A program made the translations under genes and the position numbers. A DNA stretch of 64,000 nt from Octopus vulgaris (lineage: Eukaryota): NCBI GenBank assembly GCA_951406725.2, contig OX597818.1, positions 100,564,001-100,628,000 on the forward strand. Direction: 5' to 3'. How positions within the stretch are numbered: the first letter of the stretch is position 1; each line of letters begins with the position of its first letter. Positions 53,880 through 64,000 of this stretch are shown piece by piece. The notes under the pieces are model-generated. The model searched no databases, was not told the DNA's origin, and saw only the letters and a program-made list of their open reading frames with translations.

Positions 53880-56800
53880 TCACGGATGCTTTTTAGCAAA
53901 CGCCATCTGATGCATGAGAGAGTTCGATGCAGCTGCCCTCATCTGCACCTCCTGCCGTGAAGTTGGTTCATCCGGGACACCTGACAGGAAGAGATCCAGT
54001 CCTACTTTAAAGACATCCGCATCTACACCATGCAGGTCCCTGAGGTTCTTCGGGGGGACATTGAAGAGCCGTGGGCCTCTGAAGCCCAGGCTATCACAAT
54101 ATCTTGTCCTACACCTTGATGGCAAATTTGGAGTCCTTGGTACCACGCAGTGGCGTCCGGTTCTGGCGTTTGTGTGACTCTCGATGCCAAAGTCTGGGAC
54201 AAGACCTTCCAGGATCTTCCAGATATATATTATGGCATATCTTTCTCGCCTACGCTCCAGGGAATAGAGCTTTAATCTCTTGAGTCTCTCCCAGTAGCTC
54301 GTATGCTGCACAGAGGCTATCTTCTTCGTGTAGCTTCGTTGGATCGCCTCAAGTTCTGTGATCAACTTGACACTGGATGGTGACCATAGCTGAGAGCAAT
54401 AGTCAAAGTGGCTTAGGACAAGTGTCTTCCAGAGGACCATCATGGTTTCTTGTTCTCTTGTTCTAAAGGTTCTAAGAATCCAGCCAGCCAGCCGTCTGCA
54501 TTTCATTGTCAGTTTAGCAACATGTACATGAAAGGTCGCGTCATCACTCATGTGAATACCCAGGTCACGCACTGATTGTGCCTCTGGGATTGCAATCCCT
54601 CCGGGTCCAGTGTATTCATTGGGTATTGCATTCAGTTTTGCATGCTGATAGTATAAAGCTTGAAACTTTTCAGCATTGAACTGCATGCTATTCTTTTCAG
54701 CCCACTTGTATATTTCGTCCAGCTCACATTGCAGGTGCTTAGTGTCTTCAGGGTTCTGTATTGCCTGTGAAACTTTTGTATCATCTGCATAACTTGTGAT
54801 CGTGGCTCTCCGCGTGGCTGAGGGCATGTCTGAGAGGGCCATTATGAACAGTAGTGGTCCCAAAACAGTGCCCTGTGGAACACCGCTCACAATTTGCGTG
54901 CTAATGGAAGTGGCCCCATTGGCTGCTACCACCTGACTTCTATTCTTCAGAAAGTCATGAAGCCATTCTCCTAGTTTTCCAACTATGCCAAGATCACGCA
55001 GTTTGTGACATATCATTCCATGATCGACTTTATCGAAGGCCTTTGCGAAGTCGAGATATATGACTTCCACATTTGAGTGGTTGAGCAGTTGTTTCAGCAC
55101 CCAGTCATAGTGCTGCAGGAGCTGAGTTAAGCAGCTTCTTCCTGGTCGGAAACCATGTTGGGTGTCAGGCAGCAAGTCATTTTCTTCAAGGAAGGTGATT
55201 AGTTTCCTTCTAACTATTCGTTCCATGACCTTGCTGATGTGTGAGGTCAGAGAGATAGGTCTGTAGTTCTTGGCCTCCGCTCTGCTACCTCCTTTATGAA
55301 TAGGGCATATTTTACCTTCCTTCAGTTTTCTTGGAAGTTTGCCAGCTGCGAGGAAGCTCTGAAAGAGGAACTGCAGTGGTCTTGCTAGGACTCTCTTACA
55401 TACTTTTAGGAGGATTGCCGGGAATCCATCGGGGCCAATAGCAGAGTCTGTTTTCATTTCATCTATAGCCTTTATTACATCGTCTTCCTTTATATCGATG
55501 TAATTTATCGTCGCCGCCTCTGATTCTATATCTGCAGTGGTAAAGAAGTCAGTTGGATTGCTGATTTGGAAATGCCCAAGGGGTGGGGTGAAAACACTCT
55601 TGAATTGTTCATTCAGTATTTCACTTACCCTCAATGGTTTTCCTGTGAGTGTGCCATCCTTTTCAAGGAGTGGCCCTATCCTACAGTGCACCGTAGCTGT
55701 TTCTTTGGCATACCTGTAGAAAGCTCTGGGGTTAGTTTTTATGTTGTCTATAGCCCAGGCTTCTTTGTCTGCTCTCTCCTTCTCATGGGAGAGTTGCAGA
55801 CAATTTTCAATTTCTAACAGTTTTATTTTCAGGCGGGACTTTTCACTGCTTTCAATTTGTTTGTTTAGGCGATTTGAAATTTTTGTACGCCGTCTCATTA
55901 AAATTTTCCTCTCTCTGGGGATTTTGTTCTTGTGTACAGTGGCCTTTCTCTCTGGGACACATTTGTAGCATATGGCTTGCATTACAGACATGAATTGTTG
56001 AAGTATCATGTCGATGTCCGGCCAGGAAAGACATTCAGGCCAGTTTTGTTTGAGGATCTCTTTCTCAATTTGTTTCCAGTTTGCCTTATTGAAGTTCAAG
56101 CTGGAAAGATTCTGAGGGTTTCTTGTAGGCTGCATGTCCGTGCTCTCTTTTGGCCCGTACATGGTCAGCTCTACCATGTTGTGATCCGAGAGTAGTGTCG
56201 GTGTCACTTTCACATTATGGATGAGATCCATATTATTTGTGAAGCAGAGATCCAGTGTGTTACCTGCTCTGGTTGGTTGGAGTATTACTTGCTCCATGTA
56301 CAGGGTGTTGATGAGGTTCAGGAGGGACCTCGTCTGTCCTCGTTCACATCTTGTCATTCCTGGGAGAGAAAGGCCCTCGGGCCATCTGACATTGGGTAGA
56401 TTGAAGTCTCCCATGAGAAGTACACTTATGTGTTGTTCTAATGTGATTAGAACTTCTTCTATTTTTAAAAGGCAGTCCTCAAACTTGCCCATATGACTTG
56501 GGGCATCTGGAGGGCGATATGTAGCACACACAACTACATCAAGTTGCCTTACGTGTACAATTAGTGTGTCACACACCGAGTTTGAGTATGACAAAAGGAC
56601 CTGGGGTGTGAGGTCCCCACGGATGTACATAGCAACTCCTCCATGACTCCTTTCTTTCCTGTCGGTCCGTAGTACAACATACTGTGGTATGTGTAATTCC
56701 GCATCTGCTATGTCCGGTTTCAGATGCGTTTCTGTGAGTGCTATGCATAAGGCTTGATTGCATGCGACAAAGTCTCTTAGGAACGGGACTTTTGTCCTGT

Positions 56801-56984
56801 TACTGTGTGTTAGTAGTCCTCTGATGTTCAGTAGGAGCATCGAGGTGAGGTGTATGCTGTTGCCGGCGGTGTCCACCCTGGGTCCATCTGCTGTGGCGGT
56901 CTTGTGAACTGTGGGCAGTTCCATCTGCGAGCCTGAGCCTGATGGAGCCAGGTTAGCTGCTGTACAATCTTTTGTGCCATGCAC
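53880..56984 (-). CDS. LINE ORF2: APE endonuclease + reverse transcriptase
   Basis: LLNIRGL, LTETHL, GGVA, YRPP, GDFN, LDL, SDH (APE); NYRPISLT, QHGFR, YLDFAKAFDKV, GVPQGTVLGP, YADD (RT); LYSLERRR C-terminus. The listed start is GTG; first ATG is at 56924. Confidence 0.97.
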   Translation of the reverse strand: MHGTKDCTAANLAPSGSGSQMELPTVHKTATADGPRVDTAGNSIHLTSMLLLNIRGLLTHSNRTKVPFLRDFVACNQALCIALTETHLKPDIADAELHIPQYVVLRTDRKERSHGGVAMYIRGDLTPQVLLSYSNSVCDTLIVHVRQLDVVVCATYRPPDAPSHMGKFEDCLLKIEEVLITLEQHISVLLMGDFNLPNVRWPEGLSLPGMTRCERGQTRSLLNLINTLYMEQVILQPTRAGNTLDLCFTNNMDLIHNVKVTPTLLSDHNMVELTMYGPKESTDMQPTRNPQNLSSLNFNKANWKQIEKEILKQNWPECLSWPDIDMILQQFMSVMQAICYKCVPERKATVHKNKIPRERKILMRRRTKISNRLNKQIESSEKSRLKIKLLEIENCLQLSHEKERADKEAWAIDNIKTNPRAFYRYAKETATVHCRIGPLLEKDGTLTGKPLRVSEILNEQFKSVFTPPLGHFQISNPTDFFTTADIESEAATINYIDIKEDDVIKAIDEMKTDSAIGPDGFPAILLKVCKRVLARPLQFLFQSFLAAGKLPRKLKEGKICPIHKGGSRAEAKNYRPISLTSHISKVMERIVRRKLITFLEENDLLPDTQHGFRPGRSCLTQLLQHYDWVLKQLLNHSNVEVIYLDFAKAFDKVDHGMICHKLRDLGIVGKLGEWLHDFLKNRSQVVAANGATSISTQIVSGVPQGTVLGPLLFIMALSDMPSATRRATITSYADDTKVSQAIQNPEDTKHLQCELDEIYKWAEKNSMQFNAEKFQALYYQHAKLNAIPNEYTGPGGIAIPEAQSVRDLGIHMSDDATFHVHVAKLTMKCRRLAGWILRTFRTREQETMMVLWKTLVLSHFDYCSQLWSPSSVKLITELEAIQRSYTKKIASVQHTSYWERLKRLKLYSLERRRERYAIIYIWKILEGLVPDFGIESHTNARTGRHCVVPRTPNLPSRCRTRYCDSLGFRGPRLFNVPPKNLRDLHGVDADVFKVGLDLFLSGVPDEPTSRQEVQMRAAASNSLMHQMAFAKKHP

Positions 56985-57718
56985 AAAAAAGATTCCTGCT
57001 CAGCAGCTGCCCTTTCAACAACACGTTGGTGGTTTGTGGTACGCACCACGTCTGCGTACCTCCGTTTTGGGGCAGGTGATGCGTGGTCCATCCCATTTCC
57101 TTTCGGTGGTTGGTTTCTGTGGCAGGGTCCCGGATGTGCAAAGCGGCAGCCTGCACCCTCCTCTCCATGCCGGCAGGCACCTTTCAGGTAGAACCTACAT
57201 ACCCGTGTGCGCTGCCCGTTTCCATCCTTTTTGGCATATGGATAGTTAGGTTTGCCTCTATCCCTGGCTGCCTTGCCCCTTGGCTTTGTCTGTGTTTTAG
57301 CTTCAGTTTTTCTTCCTTTTTTGGTTTTTTCACCTCCATGTCCATGGCTTTTGGTGCTGGTAGGAGCATCCGCACCTGGGTTCATCTCCCGGGCAGGCCT
57401 CTCACTGGAGTTTTCTTCCTGGGCGTCTACCAGGTGGGGGTGACCCTCCTCATCAGCGCCCGCGTCTCTATCCTTGCCATCTTTACTTTGTTCGCGTTTT
57501 TCGCTGTCAAAAATGGCATCCAGCGTGTTAATGTGCGATCTGACAAGTGCGTAGGAGCGTATAAATTCTTGCTTCTTCCGCTCTATTTGAGCTGACGTCC
57601 TCTTGTATCCGTTGTTCTTCAGCGCAGCCGTAATTATATTATTTGGATTTTCTCCGTCAGCACATTGCCATCCTCGCAGGAACCACGCCAGTTCGTCACG
57701 TTTCCAGGTTCTGGACAT
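56828..57718 (-). CDS. LINE ORF1 with Myb/SANT-like N-terminus and CCCH zinc finger
   Basis: WKRDELAWFL...ITAALKNNGYKRTSAQIERK (trihelix-like); CRFYLKGACRHGEEGAGCRFAH (C-x7-C-x8-C-x3-H); immediately upstream of and overlapping ORF2. Confidence 0.85.
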   Translation of the reverse strand: MSRTWKRDELAWFLRGWQCADGENPNNIITAALKNNGYKRTSAQIERKKQEFIRSYALVRSHINTLDAIFDSEKREQSKDGKDRDAGADEEGHPHLVDAQEENSSERPAREMNPGADAPTSTKSHGHGGEKTKKGRKTEAKTQTKPRGKAARDRGKPNYPYAKKDGNGQRTRVCRFYLKGACRHGEEGAGCRFAHPGPCHRNQPPKGNGMDHASPAPKRRYADVVRTTNHQRVVERAAAEQESFLCMAQKIVQQLTWLHQAQARRWNCPQFTRPPQQMDPGWTPPATAYTSPRCSY

Positions 57719-58228
57719 TCTTGATATTTTATCTATCTATCTGTCTATCTAATTATATTATATTAATTTATATTAATCTAATAGTGCAATAGGGGGTGGG
57801 GAGGAAGTAGAGAAAGGGAGCGTCTATGTACTTAAGGAGAAATTGGGAGCCGAGAGTAAGAGAGAAGAGGAAGCGGAGAGACTGAGAGCTGAAGGAAGAG
57901 AGAGAGAGCGTCTATGTCCTTATATGTATCCGAGAGAGGAGAGTAAGTTGGAAGAGAGTAATGGAGAGACAAGGAGAAGCGGGAGAGAAACTGAAGAGAT
58001 AGAAGAGAGCAATGGAGAGACAAGGAGAAGCGGGAGAGAAACTGAAGAGATAGGGAGAGAAGGAAGAAATATATAGAGAATTTATATATTTGAAGGAAGG
58101 GAGTAAGATAGAATGAGAGTTATGAAGAGACAAGGAGAAGCGTGAGGGAGAGAACTGAAGAGACAGAGAGAGAGAGAGAGAGAGGGGAGAATTCTAAACG
58201 AAGCTATTTTTGGGAGCCTATATATATA

Positions 58229-58628
58229 GGCGCAGGAGTGGCTGTGTGGTAAGTAGCCTGTTTATCAACCACATGGTTCCGGGTTCAGTCCCACTGCGTG
58301 GTATCTTGGGCAAGTGTCTTCTGCTATAGCCCCGGGCCGACCAATGCCTTGTGAGTGGATTTGGTAAACGGAAACTGAAAGAAGCCGTTCGTATATATGT
58401 ATATATATATATGTATGTGTGTGTTTGTGTGTCTGTGTTTATCCCCCTAGCATTGCTTGACAACCGATGCTGGTGTGTTTACGTCCCCGTAACTTAGCGG
58501 TTCGGCAAAAGAGACCGATAGAATAAGTAGTAGCCTTACAAAGAATAAGTCCCGGGGCCGATTTGCTCGACTAAAGGTGGTGCTCCAGCATGCCCGCAGT
58601 CAAATGACTGAAACAAGTAAAAGATAAA
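58229..58628 (+). mobile_element. CORE-like tRNA SINE (dominant family), full length
   Basis: Head, core and tail as at 25406; followed by (GATA)n to ~58872. Confidence 0.9.
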
Positions 58629-58774
58629 ATATATATATATATAGAGAGAGAGATAAAGAGATAGAGAGATAGAGAGATAGATAGATAGATAGATAGATAT
58701 TGATAGATAGCTAGATTGATAGATAGATAGATAGAGAGTGAGAGAGAGAGAGAGAGATAGACAGATAGATATAT

Positions 58775-58832
<58 letters not shown>

Positions 58833-59853
58833 GCATAAATACATAGATAGATAGATACATAGATAGATAGATGAGCTACAAAATTTTATTGAAATGTGAT
58901 ATATAAAAAAACTGTCAAACTACGTTAGCTGAAGAGACAAGTGAGGTAAACCCCACTTCGTCGAATATGTGTCGACGAAAACAGTTCTTCGTCAGCTTCA
59001 TAACACTATATATCGTGCGAGGACGAGAAATACTACACTTCTGTCCACAGAAACACTGATAACAGGGCAAGAAAAGGTATCTGGATTCTGTAATCTTTTC
59101 TGATGAATCAGTATTCACCAATTTTCCCACTTCAGGTCGTGTTTGTCTGGAGACAATTGTGAAGCATGGGCGTAGCTCTGTGAAGACATGAGCAACCTAA
59201 TCGCAGATTTCTTCCCACTTAGTTGCTCCCCGTGGAAAGGTTACCAGCAACAATAATCTGATTATTTTAATTGATAATATGAATTACTTTTTGATTACGT
59301 AACATGGCAACATCTTGTTGTAAACACATGGAGGAATTACAACCGTGTTTCGTAGTCTGCTACCACAACAGCTCCTTTATAGGATCCAGTTAGCTCAAGA
59401 CATCATCAGGAGGAACCACGTCCGGTTTCGGCCCCTACTCCTCCAAAAGCTGCTGCAATTAGATGTCGTATTTACACCTCATCCCTCTACCTACACCAGG
59501 ATCTTTTGTTTTGCAAGATAATTATTACTATACCTTCCGTCTCTATATTCCCTACTAATTTAGCAGACGGATAATTTTTATGAAATGACTATTCGGTCTG
59601 TGAAATATAACTGTATCTGTTAAAGTGTATGCACAATCGTTTAATGATAATAATCATACTAGTTTTGCTCTGCGTTGACCAGAATTTGAAGTATTGATGT
59701 GATATAACAATAGATTATATGTCTATGTTACTTTACCGAACGATTTTATGTAATCATGATATGCTTTTGCCGTATGATATTTGTATTATTTCCTTTATAT
59801 CCATTTTCTTTCGCTATCTGGCTTTATCGTGTAAGACCTACAGAGAACTTTTG

Positions 59854-59920
59854 ATGTCAGCATACAAGGTTCCTTGGTTTGTCCTATTGTCCTTATGCAT
59901 GCAGTTCTTTAGTTTTTCGA
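59854..59920 (+). CDS. Gene B exon 1: signal peptide MSAYKVPWFVLLSLCMQFFSFS
   Basis: ATG, basic residue then hydrophobic core, donor CGA/GTAAAT in phase 1 matching the next exon. Confidence 0.55.
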
Positions 59921-60192
59921 GTAAATCGATTTCTTGTAATATATTTTATGGGTATATTCCTGATATTGTTACAGTTATGTAGAGGATTTATGTTATTGGT
60001 TTTCTGTTTCCAATGAATATATATAAACTCCAATTTATTGCTAAATCTATTGTGGAATATTATTTGCAATTTATTCTCGGATAGTTGCAAGCATATATAT
60101 TGTACATTCTTCAGAAGAATGATTCTATGACATACGTTTTGTATTATACAGAACAATCGCTTTTAGGAATAATAGATAACAAATTATTTCAG

Positions 60193-60334
60193 TGTATAGT
60201 GTAAACGGTAGAGGTGACTGTGCTGTATTCGAAGTGAATTTCACTAACGTATATGGAGTTGACACATGCTTCTGTACAAATAACTGGTTTCTTCATAACT
60301 TGGATAACTGCATCTATTCATTTGGAGACGGAAG
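60193..60334 (+). CDS. Gene B exon 2: (M)YSVNGRGDCAVFEVNFTNVYGVDTCFCTNNWFLHNLDNCIYSFGDG
   Basis: TTATTTCAG acceptor, consensus donor AAG/GTAAGT, 142 nt open phase 1 to 2, four Cys, N-glycosylation sequon NFT. Confidence 0.65.
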
Positions 60335-60975
60335 GTAAGTAAGTTGATGATTTCTGAGAATTAAACATTAAAAATGAACTTATCAAACGCTCGAACAATG
60401 TGTTGACGGGTTCCTAATTAGTACTGCTCAGTTTTTGCGACGCACCAAGTTTCGTCGGTGAAATGTTTGTTTACAAAATCTACAGGGCCTAACAACACCG
60501 ATTTTTATATTGACTTTGTCTAACATAATTCCCACTACAGGCCCAGCAGGGAACCGTTAAAATAAGACCATGTAACAAAAACAAGTTTCTTCGTCTTTCT
60601 TGCGGAATATTTCAGTTTTCTCAAGCATTCATCGCACATTTATATAGGTATCCCTCCGTTTCCTGTACTCATTTATTTGACATGGTCAAAATGTAACCTA
60701 CACTGTAGCATATATGAAAGGTTTTCTGGTTCTCGGTGGGTAAATCCCTACAAAATCAAAGTGATTCGACTAAACTGTTTGTAATCCTCTCTTTTCACAC
60801 GTCAATTACCCTTTATTATCAACATATTTCCTGAAATCAAAATTTCCTTTCGACCAACATATACCAACACTTCTTTACTCTTATGATGACCTTATATACT
60901 AGTCTTATCATTGCTCTACATACATCTCCATTTCCTTCACTTCGTCTGTAGTAATGCATGTGCATTCTGAATTAC

Positions 60976-61049
60976 AAAGAGGCCTAACCATCAGAACGTC
61001 GAAATATCGGTGGCTTCAAATTTTGACGTTCTGGTGGTTAGGCCTCTTT
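60976..61049 (+). other. 74-nt hairpin, 30-bp stem (pre-miRNA-sized)
   Basis: AAAGAGGCCTAACCATCAGAACGTCGAAAT / ATTTTGACGTTCTGGTGGTTAGGCCTCTTT; both mismatches are G-U on the plus strand; 14-nt loop. Confidence 0.6.
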
Positions 61050-61322
61050 CATCCGTACTGGACTCAGAGAATCGAAGCATGCTAAACAATGTGATCAGTT
61101 ATCTTGTATTTTCATGGGAATGATTCGTCTTAAATACTTTATTTGTTGGCTACGAAATAATACAGAAAATAGGTGTATATATAGTAAGAAGCAGCCAGAC
61201 CAAACGATATATATAATGTGTTTGACACTCGAGCCATGTAGGCATGCACTCTCACTGGTAAATCCCATACACATCGTTGTCTGAAAACTTACACGAAACA
61301 ATATTATCATCATCCTCGTTAC

Positions 61323-61355
<33 letters not shown>

Positions 61356-61384
61356 TATTCATTATTATTATTATTATTTATTAT

Positions 61385-62206
61385 TCAGTAGTTTTATTTT
61401 TATAGCGTGCTTACACTTCACTACCGAGCGCAGCTCTGTGTGCCTTGGGTATGTGCTGTGATTTGTCGTGATGCTCTGATGGTTATTGTATGGAAAGTGT
61501 TCTGCGTAGGATGTGTGCAGTGCCTAGTAGTGCAATTTTCTGTATGTTATATGTGTTTGTAAGTCCTGGTGTTTTTGTTATGTATTTGTCTGAATATTTT
61601 TTTATCATGCCTAATGCACCTACTATGATAGGAATTGTTTCTGTTTTCAGGTTTCACATTCTAGTTACCTCTATTTCCAGGTCTTTGTATTTTGAGAGTT
61701 TCTCCATTTCTTTTAGAGACACGTTGTCATCTGCCGGTATTGATACATCAATTAGAAAGCATTTTTTTTCTTCATGATCTCTGACAACTATATCTGGTCT
61801 GTTGGCCTTAATTTCTCTATTTGTGTGTATCGGCATATCCCAGAGTATGGTTGCTTTCTCGTTTTCTGTGACCTTTTCTGGTGTGTGCCTCTACCATCTT
61901 TTTTCTGTTGTTATTCCATAATGTTGGCATAGCTTCCAATGTATGTAGGTTCCAACTCTGTCATGTCTGTGAATATATTCCTTCTTAGCCAGGACTGGGC
62001 AGCTAGAGATAATATGATTTATTGTTTCTTGTCCATCTCCACATATTCTGCAGTTACTTGTAATATTTCTTTTCATTACATGTTTTTGGTAATTTCTGGT
62101 GGGGAGGCTTTGGTCTTGTGCTGCAATTAAAAATCCCTCTGTTTCTGCTTTGAGTCCTGAGCTTCTCAACCATTGCTGGGATTTTTCATTGTCTATTTCT
62201 TTTGCG

Positions 62207-62207
<1 letters not shown>
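61385..62207 (-). mobile_element. Second 5'-truncated R4/Dong-type RLE retrotransposon
   Basis: ETEGFLIAAQDQ, CRIC...H...C, RHD, RPDIVV...IDVSIP...KLSKYKDL; flanked by (TAA)n tracts; internal stops. Confidence 0.9.
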
Positions 62208-62265
<58 letters not shown>

Positions 62266-62302
62266 CATCATCATTATTACTATTATTGTTATTATTATTA
62301 TT

Positions 62303-62858
62303 GAGTGAGAGAGCAGTGTATGCCATCAAATTGACACTGGGGTAATATATACGAAGCTCAGTATACACATCAAGACCACCCGTCTGATAAGGGTACACTA
62401 GACACATGCATCACAACCATATGTGCGCGACATGGTGATCTCATATCAAAATAAACAGTACATGACCTTGCAGGTGTGGGCCCAGTTAGAGTTTTCTTCT
62501 GGTCGAGTAACCCATCCCGCTCATAAAGTCCCTAACTAAGGGTTATTTAAGGATGTTGAACGAAACACCCATGTCTTTGGAGATGAATTATTCAAGCCCT
62601 AAATAATCCCTCTCAACACATGGCTATGATGTTCCCCACCACATCTGTTCGTTGTCAGAGATACACATATCGTCAGCCACTAACGGACATGCTCAGCTGG
62701 TTAAGGTCAAACAACTGACAAGCAAATCTGCGGTATTGAGCAGAATATTTGTTGTATCCCATCCTTTATACCAAGACAAAACAATGTACATAATAATGCT
62801 TCCAGTCAGTTAGGATCAGAAGCTACGAGAGCCACTGAATGGTACTGCATCAGGGCAA
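62303..62858. mobile_element. ~555-bp non-coding insert between (TAA)n tracts
   Basis: Complex non-coding sequence sharply bounded by TAT repeats; repeat status inferred from context only. Confidence 0.4.
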
Positions 62859-62898
62859 TTATTATTATTATTGTTGTTGTTATTATTATTATTATTAT

Positions 62899-62980
<82 letters not shown>

Positions 62981-63208
62981 TTTTCACATAAACATGCACG
63001 TGTACCCATATATACACAGTTACAGATATGTATTTACTATAGGTATACACTACTATATACATTGTGTTTGCTTTTATATTCATATTCTATAATATGATAG
63101 TTGCAAGCATATATATTGTACATTCTTCAGAAGAATGATTCTATGACATACGTTTTGTATTATACAGAACAATCGCTTTTAGGAATAATAGATAATAAAT
63201 TATTTCAG

Positions 63209-63350
63209 TGTATAGTGTAAACGGTAGAGGTGACTGTGCTGTATTCGAAGTGAATTTCACTAACGTATATGGAGTTGACACATGCTTCTGTACAAATAAC
63301 TGGTTTCTTCATAACTTGGATAACTGCATCTATTCATTTGGAGACGGAAG
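63209..63350 (+). CDS. Duplicate of gene B exon 2
   Basis: Exon sequence and both splice sites identical to 60193-60334. Confidence 0.55.
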
Positions 63351-64000
63351 GTAAGTAAGTTGATGATTTCTGAGAATTAAACATTAAAAATGAACTTATC
63401 AAACGCTCGAACAATGTGTTGACGGGTTCCTAATTAGTACTGCTCAGTTTTTGCGACGCACCAAGTTTCGTCGGTGAAATGTTTGTTTACAAAATCTACA
63501 GGGCCTAACAACACCGATTTTTATATTGACTTTGTCTAACATAATTCCCACTACAGGCCCAGCAGGGAACAGTTAAAATAAGACCATGTAACAAAAACAA
63601 GTTTCTTCGTCTTTCTTGCGGAATATTTCAGTTTTCTCAAGCATTCATCGCACATTTACATAGGTATCCCTCCGTTTCCCGTACTCATTTATTTGACATG
63701 GTCAAAATGTAACCTACACTGTAGCATATATGAAAGGTTTTCTGGTTCTCGGTGGGTAAATCCCTACAAAATCAAAGTGATTCGGCTAAACTGTTTGTAA
63801 TCTTCTCTTTTCACACGTCAATTACCCTTTATTATCAACATATTTCCTGAAATCAAAATTTCCTTTCGACCAACATACACCAACACTTCTTTACTCTTAT
63901 GATGACCCTATATACTAGTCTTATCATCTTTGCTCTACATACATCTCCATTTTCTTCACTTCGTCTGTAGAAATGCATGTGCATTCTGAATTACAAAGAG

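Larger units (their letters stand above)
53787..58217 (-). mobile_element. Apparently full-length CR1/L2-group LINE
   Basis: Two uninterrupted ORFs, short 3'UTR with stem-loop, (AAAATC)n tail at 53787-53812, pyrimidine-rich repeated putative 5'UTR (57720-58217; 5' boundary uncertain, no TSD found). Confidence 0.9.
60080..64000 (+). repeat. Tandem duplication, offset ~3016 bp (60080-60981 repeated at 63096-64000)
   Basis: About 11 differences by eye over ~900 bp; the second copy runs off the window. Confidence 0.95.

Noticed and set aside
53914-57595. Plus-strand and alternate-frame ORFs overlapping the LINE
   Set aside because: Shadow ORFs of a GC-richer coding region; no recognisable motifs.
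57940-58170. ~51-bp purine-rich repeats resembling an array
   Set aside because: Tandem repeats without unique spacers in the putative LINE 5'UTR; not CRISPR, and the DNA is eukaryotic.
58927-58996. Hammerhead-like CTGAAGA-GAC...GTC-GAAT with several hairpins
   Set aside because: GAAA is replaced by GAAT and stems I/III do not form in register; at most a relic.
59335-59415. Minus-strand CTGATGA...GAAAC motif
   Set aside because: Stem II is out of register and stem I cannot pair.

Overview
AT-rich, microsatellite-dense animal genomic DNA. The SINE repertoire suggests an octopus/coleoid cephalopod (inference, not checked against a database). Most ORF-track entries are translations of (TA)n, (TAA)n, (CA)n and (ACT)n repeats. 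Supported content: (i) an apparently intact two-ORF CR1/L2-group LINE on the minus strand (~53.8-58.2 kb). Its ORF1 has a Myb/SANT-like N-terminus plus a CCCH finger, its ORF2 frame opens at a U_UUU_UUG slippery site, and its 3' stem-loop is shared, with compensatory changes, by the dominant SINE family. (ii) Full-length but mutated mariner and Tc1 (IR/DR) transposons, several relics, MITEs and a non-autonomous Helitron. (iii) Two 5'-truncated R4/Dong-type RLE retrotransposons inside (TAA)n tracts. (iv) Two type-I hammerhead ribozyme motifs in small non-coding elements. (v) Hand-predicted spliced host exons on the plus strand: a signal peptide plus RGD/Cys-rich exon that is tandemly duplicated 3016 bp downstream, and a candidate furin-processed propeptide. 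The gene models rest only on splice motifs, phase compatibility and protein plausibility.
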